Below are positions 48,276 through 64,000 of a stretch of 64,000 nucleotides of DNA, one piece after another. The notes below the pieces were generated by a model that saw only the letters and a program-made list of their open reading frames with translations, was not told where the DNA came from and did not search any database. The number at the start of each line of letters is the position of its first letter. The first letter of the stretch is position 1. The translations under genes were made by a program, and so were the position numbers. The DNA comes from Schmidtea polychroa (taxonomy: Eukaryota): positions 46,564,001 to 46,628,000 of the forward strand of contig CM097885.1 of NCBI GenBank assembly GCA_044892525.1, given 5' to 3'.

Positions 48276-49299
48276 TTAAATAACTGAGCAATGTCTTGAT
48301 TCCTTTATTCGATGACCTATCTTAAATAAAATAAAAAATTGTCATTAAGTGATAAAATAAACTTACATGGACAAATAAACTGTAAAAGAACTGTTTTGAA
48401 AACAAGAGAAAGGAATTTGTTTTGCCATCAAAGCAAAAACTGGAAAATTTTGGTTGCAAATTTAAAGTTAGAGCGTCTGTCGTAATTATCTTCTTTTTTA
48501 GTGTTAATAGAAAGATTTGCTTCGTACTCCATGCTAACATTATTGGGATATCGCAATAGAAAATCATGTCTCCAATTAAAGGAATAGAATAAGAATTAAT
48601 AAATTCAACATTTACAAATTCATTTTTGTTATTGTAAATAATTTTCAGTGAAACTGCAATATGGTTTTCACCAGAATTCTGATTTTCAAATAACACCAAC
48701 ATTGTTTCTTTGTTTGCATTTATAGATAGGCTTTGAATAAGTTTGTCTTTTTTCAATCGGCATATACTATTAATTTCAATAAAGTTTACCCCTGTTGAAT
48801 CGACACATAATAATCCTCTGTCGTTATGGGAATTTTTTGAAAAAATAAGAAAAATATTTTGCCCATGTAATCTTAAGTCTTGAAAAGTTGTTAAATCAAA
48901 TGTCCGACTTTTAATAAATTCAAATTTGGGCATTTTGTATTTAAGATAAATATTAGGATTATTTTCATTGTTAAACAACGATCCAATAATGTGTAGTTCT
49001 GAATTCCCGAAAACAATTTTCTTAGGAAATATTATGTAATTCTTATTACGCCAAAGTGACAAGACCCTAAAAAACTTAATTTTTTCGGAATTGAAGTATT
49101 TAAAATGAATGATATTAAATGAATTTTTGAATATGACAAATAGATGATCTTCCCACATTAACGTATCCTGAATAGTTTTGTCTTGAAATTCTAAAGGAAG
49201 TACGTCTTTTAAATTTAATCGCGATTCGACGTGTTCAGTATTGGTCACGTAATGAATATTTTCATTTCTAAAGTTAATTTCGAATAAATTTTTCATCAA
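48276..49299 (-). CDS. Uncharacterised beta-strand-rich (possibly beta-propeller) protein ending in CaaX (CSVI); 5' structure unresolved
   Basis: A 311-codon open exon to 48367, a 46-nt GTAAGT..AG intron, and a last exon 48320-48276 (IGHRIKESRHCSVI*). Candidate upstream exons with GT-AG signals lie at ~52480-52730. Confidence 0.65.
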
Positions 49300-50282
49300 A
49301 ATTCAGCAATCAAATTAAAAAGAAATTTGTTTTATATAAATTTATTAGTTAATTAAATTGAGTAATTTAAAACAAAATATATTTCCGTAAATATATTTGC
49401 TAAAAAAATTGTTGAGTATTGTATAAAGTAATGCAAAATAAGTTTTAATGTACATAGAATTGCATGTAAATCGATAAAATGGGCAAATTTTATAAAAGAT
49501 TAAAATTATCAAATAGAGTACAGAAATAAATTAAAAATTGACATATTTTGGAGGAATCAGGTACGCGCGGATGAGAAATAATGAGGTAAATGCGAATACA
49601 ATAATATAAAATTCATGGGAATCACCGGAAATAGATATTTAGAAAATACAAATTAATTAAGAAAAATAAATTTAATTAGTATATGGAAACTCTGAGCAGT
49701 AATTCAAAAATATAATGAGATTAATCTTCCTTCAAGAATAATAATTAGTTTTTCTTCAAAAATAATTTACGTGAAAAGAGTCTTGAGAAATAAAGGCGAT
49801 ATGTTGCTTAACAAATTATTTTTGTTGTTTAATTTAATTATTTTGGACATTAGATGACTTTAATAAAGAGTAACACTAATTGTCTTTTTCCAGTCTGGTT
49901 AAATATTGAAAAAAAAGTAAAAAAACATTAGAGAGGAAGTTGACAACTAAATAAAATCAATCAATCTACTAAAGAGTACCTAATGGTCATATAAAGGCGA
50001 TATCTCTTTAGAAGAACTACCTCACAAATAAATAAAATAAAACGAAATTATAAATCTGTGAAAATGTGTTCTTTACAGATTAAATCTAAAGTTGACGATA
50101 TGGTGAAATTAATTTCAAAATAAATAAATTATTTGTGTTGGATCTTATTGAATTATTTGAAACAAAGAGCATGAGAAGTCAGAGTCATTACCGACTTTAC
50201 AACAATAAACCAACAAAATATTTTTAACATTAAGATAGAAATTGTGAATAAATATTACAACTATACCTTCACTGTACAACTA

Positions 50283-52115
50283 TACCTGGGTGTCGCAACC
50301 GAATGCAGTGCACATTAAATTTTTTTTAAATTTTACTTCAGAACATTAGTAAACTTGAATATATGTAAATATGTTTGAACAAAAGTTCTGCTTTAATAAT
50401 TTTTGAATAAATAATGTCTTTTAAATATCAAAATACAGGGACCTGCAAAAATTTATTTTTCTATGTCGATGAAATCTTATTAAAATTAAAATAAATACAA
50501 TTCATCACATTTATTTGTGAAAATCGCATGTTCAAGTATATTAAAAGTATAAACTATATCAGACCCTAGACATAATCCCAATCAGCTTCAATGACACTCT
50601 GGAGCGACGTGTAACATTTTGAAACTCACTTGTGAGCTTGGCCCTCCGATGTTGACTTCAAATATTGGCGAAAATTGTTGCTCACCTTTCCTGAATTACT
50701 GTTTTTTTACAAGTCGATAGCACTCATAATTCCAGAAGATAAAGCGATCCATAAGTTTGTGTCTTGTGAGTAGGCCTACAACTTTAATATAGACACATGG
50801 TGTTCTTCAAGCCAAAGTCAAATCAACTATGCTATGTGAATTCTGGCATTGTCATGCTGAATAATTATTTCCCAAGCAGGTAGTATTGTTTGAAAGTTTG
50901 AAATAATATTCTGCAAATATTTTAGGTATCTCTCAGCATTGATAGATCCACCGTCGTGAAGAAGTTCGAAATACGTATGTGATTTTGCATAGTTGCTGGC
51001 AACAATAATCAGAACTTTGCGATCAGATATTGTCCGCCTAGCAATAGTTGGACGATCACTTGTGCCATCCACACAAACACGTTCGAATTCTTTTGGAGAT
51101 ACATCTCAAAGGTAAATCCATTCTTCATCGATCACAATGATATTTTCCTTAAGTCTTCTTGGGGAATAAATATTCAAGATTTCTTGACAGCAAGTGATTC
51201 TGATTCTTTTGTTATTATCAGTCAAAATATCAAGAACCCATCTGCTGCAAAGTGACTTCTTTCCAAGTTCTTGTTTCAATATTCAGCGGACACTAGTTTC
51301 TTCAATGTCTTGAAATGGCTGGATACCTTAAGTGGCAATCTTCCTCAATCATTTCACGCACAGTTATGCTCATTCTTGGTCTTCCTGAACCTTCTTATCG
51401 TTCAAAAAGTTTTTGCTGTTTTCCTGCAAATTCCTTGGTAATCTACTGTACTCTCCGAAGGCTAACGACGTTCTCTACACTCCAACCTTCGGCAAGAAAG
51501 CGGTGGATTTCGGTAGCCGAAAAAGTTATTTCGTGTTAAAGTTGCAGCCAAGAAAATTTTGTCACATTGCTTTGCCTTCATCTCTAATGCTAAATCATTT
51601 AACCAACTCTAAGCAATTTGTTTTAATTTAAATCCTTAACTTTCCAGTCTTGTCAATGATCTGTCTTAGAAAATGTAAATAAGAAATTTTAACCTTGATC
51701 TTCAGATATTTTCTGTCTAATAAAAACGAAGTTTTGTTTTGCCAGCACCCATAATTGTCATTAACTCATTAGCTTACATTACTGATTGTCAACCTTCTTC
51801 TCGCAGTACACTTCTTTTTTATTTACAAATTTGTTGTGACGTTTCTCAAATTTTAATAAATGAAATTATTTAAATTATAAACTGGAAACGATTAACTAAA
51901 AATACCTTACTCAGTCTTCAGGATAATAAGATTTGCTAAGCAGCGATATCGAATGTATAAAATAAGTGGCAACCTTAGTTCTAAATAAAATGAATATAAC
52001 CCCTTTCCTATCCAAAATGAATATAAAAGAGTTTGTTGATTAAAAATGCTTGTTGATTATACACCCAATTCCGAAATTTAATAACCTCTATAATTCACGT
52101 TGGTGTGCACACCAG
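50283..52115 (-). mobile_element. Decayed mariner-type transposon (transposase remnant ~51590-50560)
   Basis: Remnant motifs GSGRP, CSRWV..LT, IVIDEEW, IQHDNARIH and AYSQDTN (YSPDL-like), with many stops. TIRs are decayed and the boundaries approximate. Confidence 0.8.
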
Positions 52116-53658
52116 TTGAGGTGAGTCACCATTTACGTGAAAATGAAGTTATTAAATTTCATTTATTCAATTTATTAAAAATGGTTTTCAGGTAATTTTT
52201 TAATTTCAAGTATATTTTAAGACTTGAATTTTGATTTTATATAATTATGAGATATTTATTCAAGTTCTTAAATATTACTGTTAGTCATCATTTATAATTT
52301 ATCATTTATAAATATATTAATAATTAAATTTCAGGTGTTTTTAGGAAATTTATGATATTTTATGCATTAATATGGAATTATTTCTCTAAAATGTAAGTTA
52401 GATATTTTTATATTTATAAATAAATAAAGTAATCACCAAACACATTTATTTTTTTAAGACATTTAGGAAAAAATTGGCGTACATGAATGAAATAGTTTTT
52501 TAAATTTTTATAATCTTTCTGCAGCTCATTTTCGATGGCTTTTTTCTTTCTGTAAATCAAAAGATCTCGAAAAACCTTCAATATTTGAAATGCTGCCTTC
52601 ACACATACTATAAAATATTTTAATATTTTGTAATTTAATGAATAAAACTTACATTGTATTTTCTTCTTTTCCCCTAAAGCTCAAGGTAGAGCTGTCGGAA
52701 TCTAAATTAAAAGTATTTTCTTGCATTTTTTAAAAATTTTAAAATATTTATATTTTAACAATATGTTAACAATATGTTAACAGTTATTTATTTCGGAATA
52801 AAAACCTATATAAGAATTTTGCATGCATTTTTCATTATGTGTTTTGTGTTGGTGTGTTCAGTTATTTTTCTTCACAAAACCTATAATAAAGTTACTAAAT
52901 TTCGGAACAATAAATTTCTACACACAGATAAGTTTGTGTGTTCCTATAATATATATTTATTGATTTTTTTTAGATTATAGAAGTTATTAAATTTCGGAAT
53001 TAGGTGTAGTGGTAATGTTTGTGTGTGCAATGAAATGAAATAGGTATGCATTCAGTCTGTATAAGGATTAACTATTAAACTAATGGAAATCAATTTTTAG
53101 ATCGCATAATTGAAAACACTGTGTATAATAGTGCAATTTAATTTTCCTCTTTCTTTATTACGAATTAATCAAAAATAATTATTATTATATTAACCATTTC
53201 AGCCCTGCTGGTGGCATTTGCCACGATGACATTTATAGAGTTCTACTTACTGTGCATATCCATATTTTTGCTCTTAATCACTAGATGTCATTCCAACTGA
53301 TAATTTTATATATGAAGGAAACCAGTTCAAATTTGGTTTTGGAGTTCTTGATAGGCCTCCAATTAATCTCTTAAGTGGTTTATTTTGTCAAACAAAATGC
53401 GCTACTCAGTGTCGAGTTTTCTTATCAGCTACCGGATACATACGTCTTGGGCATAGTGTTACAAAAAATAAAATAATATCTTATTGGATGATATTTATTA
53501 AGATAATATGTTAACAAAAGAAATATTTATGATATATTATTATTCGTCTTATGCGTTTTGTAATGCATATGTTGATGACGTATATATCCGTAAAAGGTTA
53601 ATAATAATTAACAAAAACTATATATATAAAACTTATTGCAGTATCGTAGCTAGGGTTT

Positions 53659-54135
53659 GTGAGGACCGAGGCGTTTCTTAATTTTTACCGCTCGATACAG
53701 TACTCAGAAGGTTTTAAGGATTATAAAGTGAAGATAAGAAAGCAGTTAGGGAATGTAAACTATAGGATAGTGTCAACTTCATGGAAAGTACGCAATATGT
53801 TTATTAATAAGTTAAAAACTCCGGTTGAATTGTGTTCCGATCTCGTTTATCAGTTTACATGTAATGGGTGTAATGCCACATACATTGGAGAAATTTACCG
53901 TCATCTCTGTATTCGAGCTCAAGAACATTGTAGACCGAAGGCTTTAACCCATATTGGTGAGCACAATAAGGGCTGTAAGATTAAAATAGGTATGTCTGAT
54001 TTTAAAATTTTATTAAAAAACTTCGATAATTATTGGGAACGTGTGATTTGTGAGGCGTTGTTGATAAAATCATTGAATCCGAAAATTAATGTGCAGAATG
54101 CAGTAAATACTTGTGTGTTGAGTGTTTTTAAATAA
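53659..54135 (+). CDS. GIY-YIG endonuclease domain of a 5'-truncated Penelope-like retroelement
   Basis: LVYQFTCNGCNATYIGE..RHLCIRAQEH..HIGEH..C..EALLIKSLNPKINVQ. No reverse transcriptase upstream. Confidence 0.9.
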   Translation: MRTEAFLNFYRSIQYSEGFKDYKVKIRKQLGNVNYRIVSTSWKVRNMFINKLKTPVELCSDLVYQFTCNGCNATYIGEIYRHLCIRAQEHCRPKALTHIGEHNKGCKIKIGMSDFKILLKNFDNYWERVICEALLIKSLNPKINVQNAVNTCVLSVFK

Positions 54136-54323
54136 GCCTTTGTGTATTGTATGTATTGATTTTTGTGTTAAATTAAATAATTAATAAAAATTTTTTAAAT
54201 TATTAAATTAAATTTTAAATGTTAAAATTAAAAAAAAATAATATATTTTTTATAAAATGAAAAAAATTTTTTATATATAATTAAATTTGTTTAAAATCCT
54301 TAATTTAAAGAGTTATTATATCC

Positions 54324-54362
54324 CACCTGATGATGACAGGAAAACTGTCGAAATTAATCGTG
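54324..54362 (+). ncRNA. Minimal type-I hammerhead ribozyme in the Penelope 3' repeat
   Basis: CAC-CTGATGA-T-GACAG-GAAAA-CTGTC-GAAA-TTAA-TC-GTG: 3-bp stem I, intact core, 5-bp stem II and a palindromic UUAA loop. Lies 190 nt after the GIY-YIG stop on the same strand. Confidence 0.85.
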
Positions 54363-54506
54363 AAAAGAATGTTTGATTGGCGTTATCTTATAATTAAATC
54401 ATTGCCATGTATGTTTAACTATTTATTAAAATTTATTGTCAGATATTTCGTAAAACCAAAAAAGTAAAAGAAATTTAAATGCAAATTTTTATGAAATAAA
54501 TTTTTA

Positions 54507-54508
<2 letters not shown>

Positions 54509-54575
<67 letters not shown>
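54509..54575. repeat. (AAT)n microsatellite
   Basis: Pure AAT run, giving the spurious poly-Asn ORF. Confidence 0.95.
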
Positions 54576-54579
<4 letters not shown>

Positions 54580-57339
54580 TAATAGTATTAATTCAATAAA
54601 GAGACACCAAGTACTTACAACTAGATACTATCAAACACATAAAAATAATAAAGACAAAATAAAGATACAAAGTTTATTCTTCATCACAAATTTACTTATA
54701 TTAAGCTCTTCTTAATTCATCAAGTAGAATGTGCACCATTTCTTCTTATATTTTTGACAACATCTACATCTAAAAGGACAAGTTAAATTTGAAGGATCTG
54801 TACAGACTACAAAATTCTCTAGATATTTCAATCCAGATCCTTGTACAGATATGTAATGTAAACGAACAATTTCCTCTATGTTGATTCCTTTATCTGGTTT
54901 ATCCTGAAAGCCAGCAGTTCTGAAGCTGTACATCAAGTTGTAGGACCTAGCGGTATTGGAAAAAACTTTATTTGCATGTAATTTATTACAATAAAACATG
55001 TTTAAATCAAAATTCAATAACATTTATTGGAATTAAACTAATCATGGCATTTAAAAAAATAATTGTTAAAAACTCAATCATTCCAATTGTTTTCTTAAAT
55101 GTTAATAAGAAAACAAAATGTAGTAAGAAAAGTAGGAAAGATAAAAAATCAACTAAGAAATGGATTAAATTATAAATAATCTATCTAGTTAAATAATGAT
55201 AGTAATAATGAAATTTGAACGGAGTAGGCCATATTTCAATGCCTTGATAAACGCTTCAATTACAAAACGAATGTCAATTTTATAAGCTTTTCTATCCTTT
55301 GTTATTGACGATTTTCTTGAAGCTATTGTAAATGTTGTTCGCTGTAATGTAAATATTACTAAAGCTAAAAGATTAGTATTGCAAAGACATAAAATGTCAC
55401 TTCTATCGTTATTAGACTTTTTATTGTAATTTTAAATTTGATTTTAACTATTCTAATGATAATTAAAAGTTTTACTTGATAATTTTTTTTACTTTAAAAG
55501 AATTGTTAATTCCTTTACAAAATACTTCTTTTAATACAATTAATTTATATAAATCTTTAGATTATTTTTAAACATCTCACATTGTGTATTTATTAAACGA
55601 ATATCTAGATATTAAAACTTCATGTCCGTATCGGGAATTGAAAACACATAACAATCGATCCAAAATTTATTCGGATTTGAAGAAACTCCGGTTTAATTAC
55701 AAAGCATAAAGTCTGTAAAATATTGGAATTGAAAAAGCATATTGAGGATTCAATAAAAATTGAATAAATCATACCGTTTTTGAAAATCCACAATTAATGC
55801 GATATTTTAATTTCAAATAAAAATATTTACAAAAAGAAAAGGATAATTTTTAACTTACTATCTGTCTACAATATGTCCTCGTTTCCAATGACTTCTTAAA
55901 CCTAATATTTTTTGATTTTGAACACTCTTTTTTAAGGTACATCAGAGACATACTGGTTATCTTGGCTTGGCAGATTAAGGAAGAACGATATTTGTGAAAT
56001 AATAAAAGCTTTGCTTGGGGAAATAGTTTACTGACATCTATCACAAGTAGATTTGGGAGTAATCTTTGAATCCGAAAACTACATTTGACCATGATTATTC
56101 TCTCGGATAATTCCAGTAATATATGTCGCAGGTTCTGGTTCATAATCGTTATTAGAACATTAAGTAAACATAGCCGTTTATTAAACCACAAAACAATATT
56201 ATGAATGACAATGGAAATAAATTAAGTAAATGCCCTGTGCAAATGAATACATTCATATGTTACGTAACACATAACATTAGCCACTCAGATAATTATTGTA
56301 CAACAGATATGTCAAACATTTCATTTATACAATTTTATAACGATTGTATTATTTATAATTTTTAATTTTGATTTTCCATTCTGAAATCGAATTTCGTAAC
56401 CCTCTGTTTTGTAGTTTTTATCTTTTTCACTTACGTTTGTCTTGAAAATGTTGCAGTTAACTTTCATATTTAATTTTAAGCAACCATTTGGCAATCTTTT
56501 CATCAAAGACCATTTATGAGTAATACATTTAAATAAATTAAATTTAAGTGTTCCATTCATCAAAAGCCCTACCACTAGGAGAGTTTCTAAACAATTTTTC
56601 CCGTTTTGTTCTTTTATGAAAATGTGAATTGCATCTCTAATTGTTCTTTATTGCCGTTCTAAATTTCATCTCATTCCTCATCACTGATTCTTTATTATTT
56701 CTTTTGAATCTTGTTTTTTTCTTAATTTTCCTTCCTGTACCTTATGCACGAGAAAACTCAATATGGAGCTAAACAATCCTAAAAATCCTACTAATGCAAA
56801 AATATTTGGCTTTTCATTTGTCAAAATAAAATAAAATAATACAGCATATAATCCCTCATATCGGGTACTCACCATGGGACATTTAAATCCACTAAGAGAA
56901 TATTTTTACATATTATAATGATTAATCGTAACATCAGGGGCCATGATCCTTTCCAATGCATTCAGTTAGTCCTGAGAAACCCATTGAAAATTTAGTTCAA
57001 TATTGGATTGCTTTCAAGATTTTAGCATCGTACCAGGTTTTCCGAATAAATGATATATTCAGGTTCTGACCTTTTATAGAGGCAGATATGTTTGGTTTTT
57101 GAATGAAGTTCTATTGATCCTTATAAGGTCGAGGCGATTTATTTAGAAAATATCATATTAAAAATCATTAATAATTACTAAAAAGAAAGTATACAGACAA
57201 AAATAAAAGATTTAATGATGAAATATTTCTTTAATCATATGTATTACATGTCTTATGTAATATATGTATTATATGTACTAGAGAATCTGTAAAAGAATCA
57301 AATATAACCCAAATTATAAGCTATTCTGTGTCAATGACG

Positions 57340-58360
57340 TCGCATAACTCATCCAATGCCTGACCAAAACTGGATGCTTTTGTCAAATAAGAAATCAAAG
57401 GCTCCGACATATCACTGGATATCATTTCAAAACGTCTTGTTACAGTTTAGTGAGATAGCTGATGATTTGATGTATTTCTTTATCTCATCTTTGTTCTTAA
57501 ATTCAGCAAACAAAGAATCTGCTCTTTCTATTGAAAAATCGTTTCAGTGTCACCATCTAAAATCCAGCTTATCTTTAAAGATGTCTCTATAGCAGTCACT
57601 TGAGCTTATCAATCGACGAAAACAATTTTGCTGACAATCCAAATTCTTTTTAAGGATTTAAACTTTGTCTTCTATCACCTTCTTGCCAATTAAATAATGT
57701 TTGTGAATATTAACTTTGACATTTTTTAAAATAGAGACAGATTCCGGATATATCAAACACACAGGCTTATCATTTTGACACTGCAAACATAAAGTTCAGT
57801 AGCCATGACTTTTTATACATACGTACGACTCTCCTCCGTAATTTTCCGTTTCTTTCCTTCGCTAGATTCATTTGTAATATTTTTTTGAGATCATAATATG
57901 CTACATTGAGATAATAATTATAGAAGGCGCAATGGTCAATATTCAATATTCGTGTGAACACACGATGCCGGTACATTTCTTACGAATATACCATCAGTAC
58001 ATTTATAACGTCATCAGTTAAGTTTCTAGTATAGTTTTACTTCATTCAAGGATATATGAGCACTCTCTAGTCTAATCTACTGGGTATAACTTAATTTTAT
58101 TATCTCCATGGCATGCTAGCGTCTTAGATTTGCATCAGTTTAATTACTTGGGTGTTTTTTATTATTGCAATATTGTACATATTCACTATCGTTCGAAAGA
58201 TTGTGCTAGCAATATTTATAAACATACCATGCAAGCATACCAGTCTTATGTATTTTACCTGGTTACCAAGAATAGCTATAAAAATACCAGGGGCCAAGTT
58301 TTACTTTTACTCTTAACACAAAACATTATTGCTCTGACAGGCTAGTTCAGAGAGCCCGGC
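57340..58360 (-). mobile_element. Second, inverted 5' fragment of the Buster/Charlie-type hAT at 43990-46960
   Basis: Reverse complement matches 43990-44720 and 45724-46080 (e.g. ATGTACCGGCATCGTGTGTTCACACGAATATTGAATATTGA; TTTGGATTGTCAGC). Confidence 0.85.
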
Positions 58361-58740
58361 GGCCAGATGTTGTATAGCACTAGTTTAGATAATGTAAAAA
58401 GAAAACATTTGCCAGACATTTATTTTCAATAGCAGTTTGTCTGGGATTTGACAATTTGTCCATAAGAATCGTGTAAAGAGGTATGAAGAAAAATTTTTAA
58501 ATTCTGTTTCTTATTCAATTCAACAAATAAATCACAACAAATTTCAAAAAAAAAAAAACTGTACAAGTCCAAACAACGACCACCATATTTCAAAAAAAGT
58601 CACATTTGTCATTCCTGGACTCGGAGAAAAAGCCAACTCAAGATTTTCAATGTAAAAGCAATAATCACAGCGCTAAATAATTTCCAAAATATCTAATGAA
58701 AAATGAAAATCAACAATATTTTATCCATGAAAATAAATAT

Positions 58741-61180
<2,440 letters not shown>

Positions 61181-61442
61181 CTGAAATGTATAAAATATAC
61201 AACTATCGTTATGAAATTATATTTTGTAACAAATTGTATTTATTGATACCTTTAATTTCTTTACATTTATTTTGTTTTAATGAAAAATTATTTGCAAAAT
61301 AATTTTCACATCGATTTCTTATATCGAGGAAATAATCCAAATAAACTCGCCATTTTCTAGACTTTTAAAATGTTAAAATAAAATATTTTGAATTTTATCA
61401 TATAATTTGTTATTTTTTGGTTATATTTTACTTTTAATATAT

Positions 61443-62492
61443 TGTTGAGGTTGTAAAAGCAAATTATTCCAAAGAGAGGTTGAAAAATTAAATTATTTTA
61501 AATTGAATAGTTTCGAGTAAACAGAAAACCGAAATTGAACGAAAGAGAATGGCGACCAAGCAGATAATTAATGGCAAATAAAGATATGACGAAAACAGAA
61601 CTATAAAAGGGTACAATCAGACACGAAATGGAAAAAATGCGCAAATCTGAGGAATTGGAAGAAAGTTAAATTTTTTCAAAACTGAAGCTGGAAAACTGGA
61701 GAGGTGTAGATTAGGCAATGGTGAAGAAGGCAGTGAGCAAGAATCTGTTAGAAAATGTTTAGAAACGGTCGAAAAACAGGCAAATATGGAAAAACTCGAA
61801 GTATTGCTTAATTAATTAATTGGTTAATGGGAAAACCAAGCTAATGGGAAATCCGAGCAAATGGAGAACCCGAGCGATGAAGAAAACCCAAGCGCGGCAA
61901 TAAAGGAGAATAAACAAACTGAGAATTTAGAAAGCAATTAGCTAAACAGTCTGATAAACGATGGTTAAAAAAAGAAGGGTAATTACTAAAAGGGTCAAAT
62001 AACTAATAAGAAAATGATAACTAATGAAGTCGTCTGTTAGAGGAAACCAATTAAGTCAAAAACGAAGCAATTACAACGATTATTGGAATAAATAAGGAAA
62101 TTCCAAATTCAGATAATCGGCAGTAACCTCAGGTAGGGACGAAGAAACCGAGAATAGAAGTTTGGGGAAAAGAAACAGAAACTGAAAACGAGAATTATAA
62201 AAGGACCTGAAGGATTAGAACAAAATGGAGCATCAAATGAATTCGGATCCAAGAGTGGAAAAGAGAATCACCAGGTGAAACTTAGTTTAAATCGCACAAA
62301 GTCGAGACAATCCAGAGGTATTGTAACGACTGTTGCTAATTGAAAATTGTTATTTATCACTGAGAGTTGTAAAGTTGTGATAAACAAATATACGTTGGTA
62401 ATTTGTGTTTATCGATTTTGGAACACGTAAAGTTACCAACAGTTGACTTTTGAATGTTACAAAAATACTTTAATTTTAAATTAACCCCATCA
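61443..62492 (+). mobile_element. Probable solo LTR (~1.05 kb) in a KChIP intron
   Basis: Starts TGTTGAGG and ends AACCCCATCA, like the 44721-45723 LTR, with the same purine-rich composition. TSD is not clean. Confidence 0.55.
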
Positions 62493-64000
62493 AAAATGCT
62501 GAAGATTTTGCATATCGCTCTTCGGGTAAACTGACGCTGATATAATCTCAAGCTCATTGATTGGATTATATTGCGCATCCAATGGTAAACAACTTAAAGA
62601 TTCAATTTGTGATAATATCACAAATTTTTATATGCAGATAAAGAATTCGAATTTTAATCCAAAATTAACAACTTAAAATGAAATATCAATAAGAAAGCTT
62701 TATTGAAAACCATAGACAGAAGCGCAAATAAATCTTTTATGAAAATGTCGAAGATAAATTGGGAAAGTGCTACTCAATGAGATATTAAGATAACTGAAAG
62801 GGTAGAATTCACGTTTAAGTTAAAACTGGATATTGCTAATAAACATTTAAATTGTATATATCAGATTACATAAATTTTTATATAAATATTTTAATTAATA
62901 AACTAAAGTAAGTTTAAAATATAAAAATAAATTAAAATATATTAAATATTAAAATAAATTAAACCATCATTGAAATCAGCATCAAAATTAAAATAATAAA
63001 AAAGCCTCGAACAGATTGTTTGAATATTACAAAAAAGCGCAGTTTGGTGAATAAAATAAATTTAGTAATTTTATTTGTTTAATTTATTAATTATGGAGAT
63101 TGAGAATGAATTCGACGTTGCGGCTAACAATAACTACAAAAGCAAAAATCGCGACAATCAATAATCAATAATCGTGAAAATCAATAATCGCGACTTGACC
63201 TTGAAAGAAAATGAGGGGGTATGGGGTAGGGTGACTCTGTTGCTAACCAGTGCGCGGTAACTAATGGTGGCGTAAAGGGCTCACATCTACCTACCTATGT
63301 ATAATGAAAACTTTACACAATGAAGAATGCAAATTTTCTGCAAGTACGAAACAATATTTATTTAATTCGAAATCATAAATATATTTGGTGAAATCACAAA
63401 ATCTTTACAAATTATAAGAAATTATAAGAATTTTTTTTCTCAAAAGAAGTGATAAAATATTAAAATTTGCACATAGAAATACTTAAAGGTGTTTCATGGG
63501 ACTCTTAGCATTTGTAGGTACGGGCAAAAATTATGTAGAGAGCCCAACAGAAATTCTTGGAATAACGGATGTTGAATTTTTTTAATTAAAAGATATATCA
63601 TAGTATAATTTTAAAATTAGTCTACGAATAATAGATTAGCAAAAATTTATTAAAAATCACATGAAAAAAGATTCACAAAGCACTGACATAGTTAAAAGAT
63701 AATAAAAGATAAAGAGTCGTAGAGCTCAAAAATGAATCATAAGTATTTGTTTTTCGACGATAAGAGTCACTTTCATTAAAACAAATAAATAACAATCTAG
63801 AATAATTTATATTCTTGTCTTGTTTTAGGTAATTGCAGAATTCGATTATATCCATTTAACTAAGATTTTATAAATGTTTTTACTATCTATCATTTCTATG
63901 AATTTGTTAAATGCTATTCCAAATGACTATGTTTTCTAACAAAGATATATAAATTGTCTTTGAATTGCTAAATACGGCTTGAAAATGACCATTTCTTACT

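Noticed and set aside
53191..53601. piggyBac-like MITE bounded by TTAACC..GGTTAA
   Set aside because: The terminal match is only about 6 bp with a mismatch, too weak in AT-rich DNA.

Overview
Very AT-rich eukaryotic (animal) genomic DNA with 40-55 nt minimal introns alongside multi-kb introns filled with transposons. This style resembles a planarian/flatworm genome, but that is inference only. Host genes: mitochondrial ribosomal protein L9 (-, last exon not found); a 7-exon PHF20/MBD-R2-like Tudor-C2H2-PHD chromatin reader (+, 14440-36305); an unidentified beta-rich protein ending in a CaaX box (-); and the 3' exons of a KChIP/NCS-family EF-hand gene (-). The rest is mobile DNA: Ty3/Gypsy pol and gag remnants, solo LTRs, an hATm transposon, a four-level hAT/Penelope/hAT/MITE nest, Buster/Charlie-type hAT relics, a mariner relic, several MITEs and Penelope GIY-YIG fragments. 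Two observations stand out. (1) Three diverged copies of an LTR-like repeat each carry an apparently spliced, unrecognised coiled-coil ORF. Two copies share an LxGxWF motif, the fullest copy has an NLS, a SIM-like motif and an acidic tail, and one aligned segment diverges mainly at synonymous sites. (2) There are two minimal type-I hammerhead ribozyme motifs, one after a Penelope endonuclease and one embedded in a 68-bp foldback inside a PHF20 intron. All alignments were done by eye and no database searches were possible.
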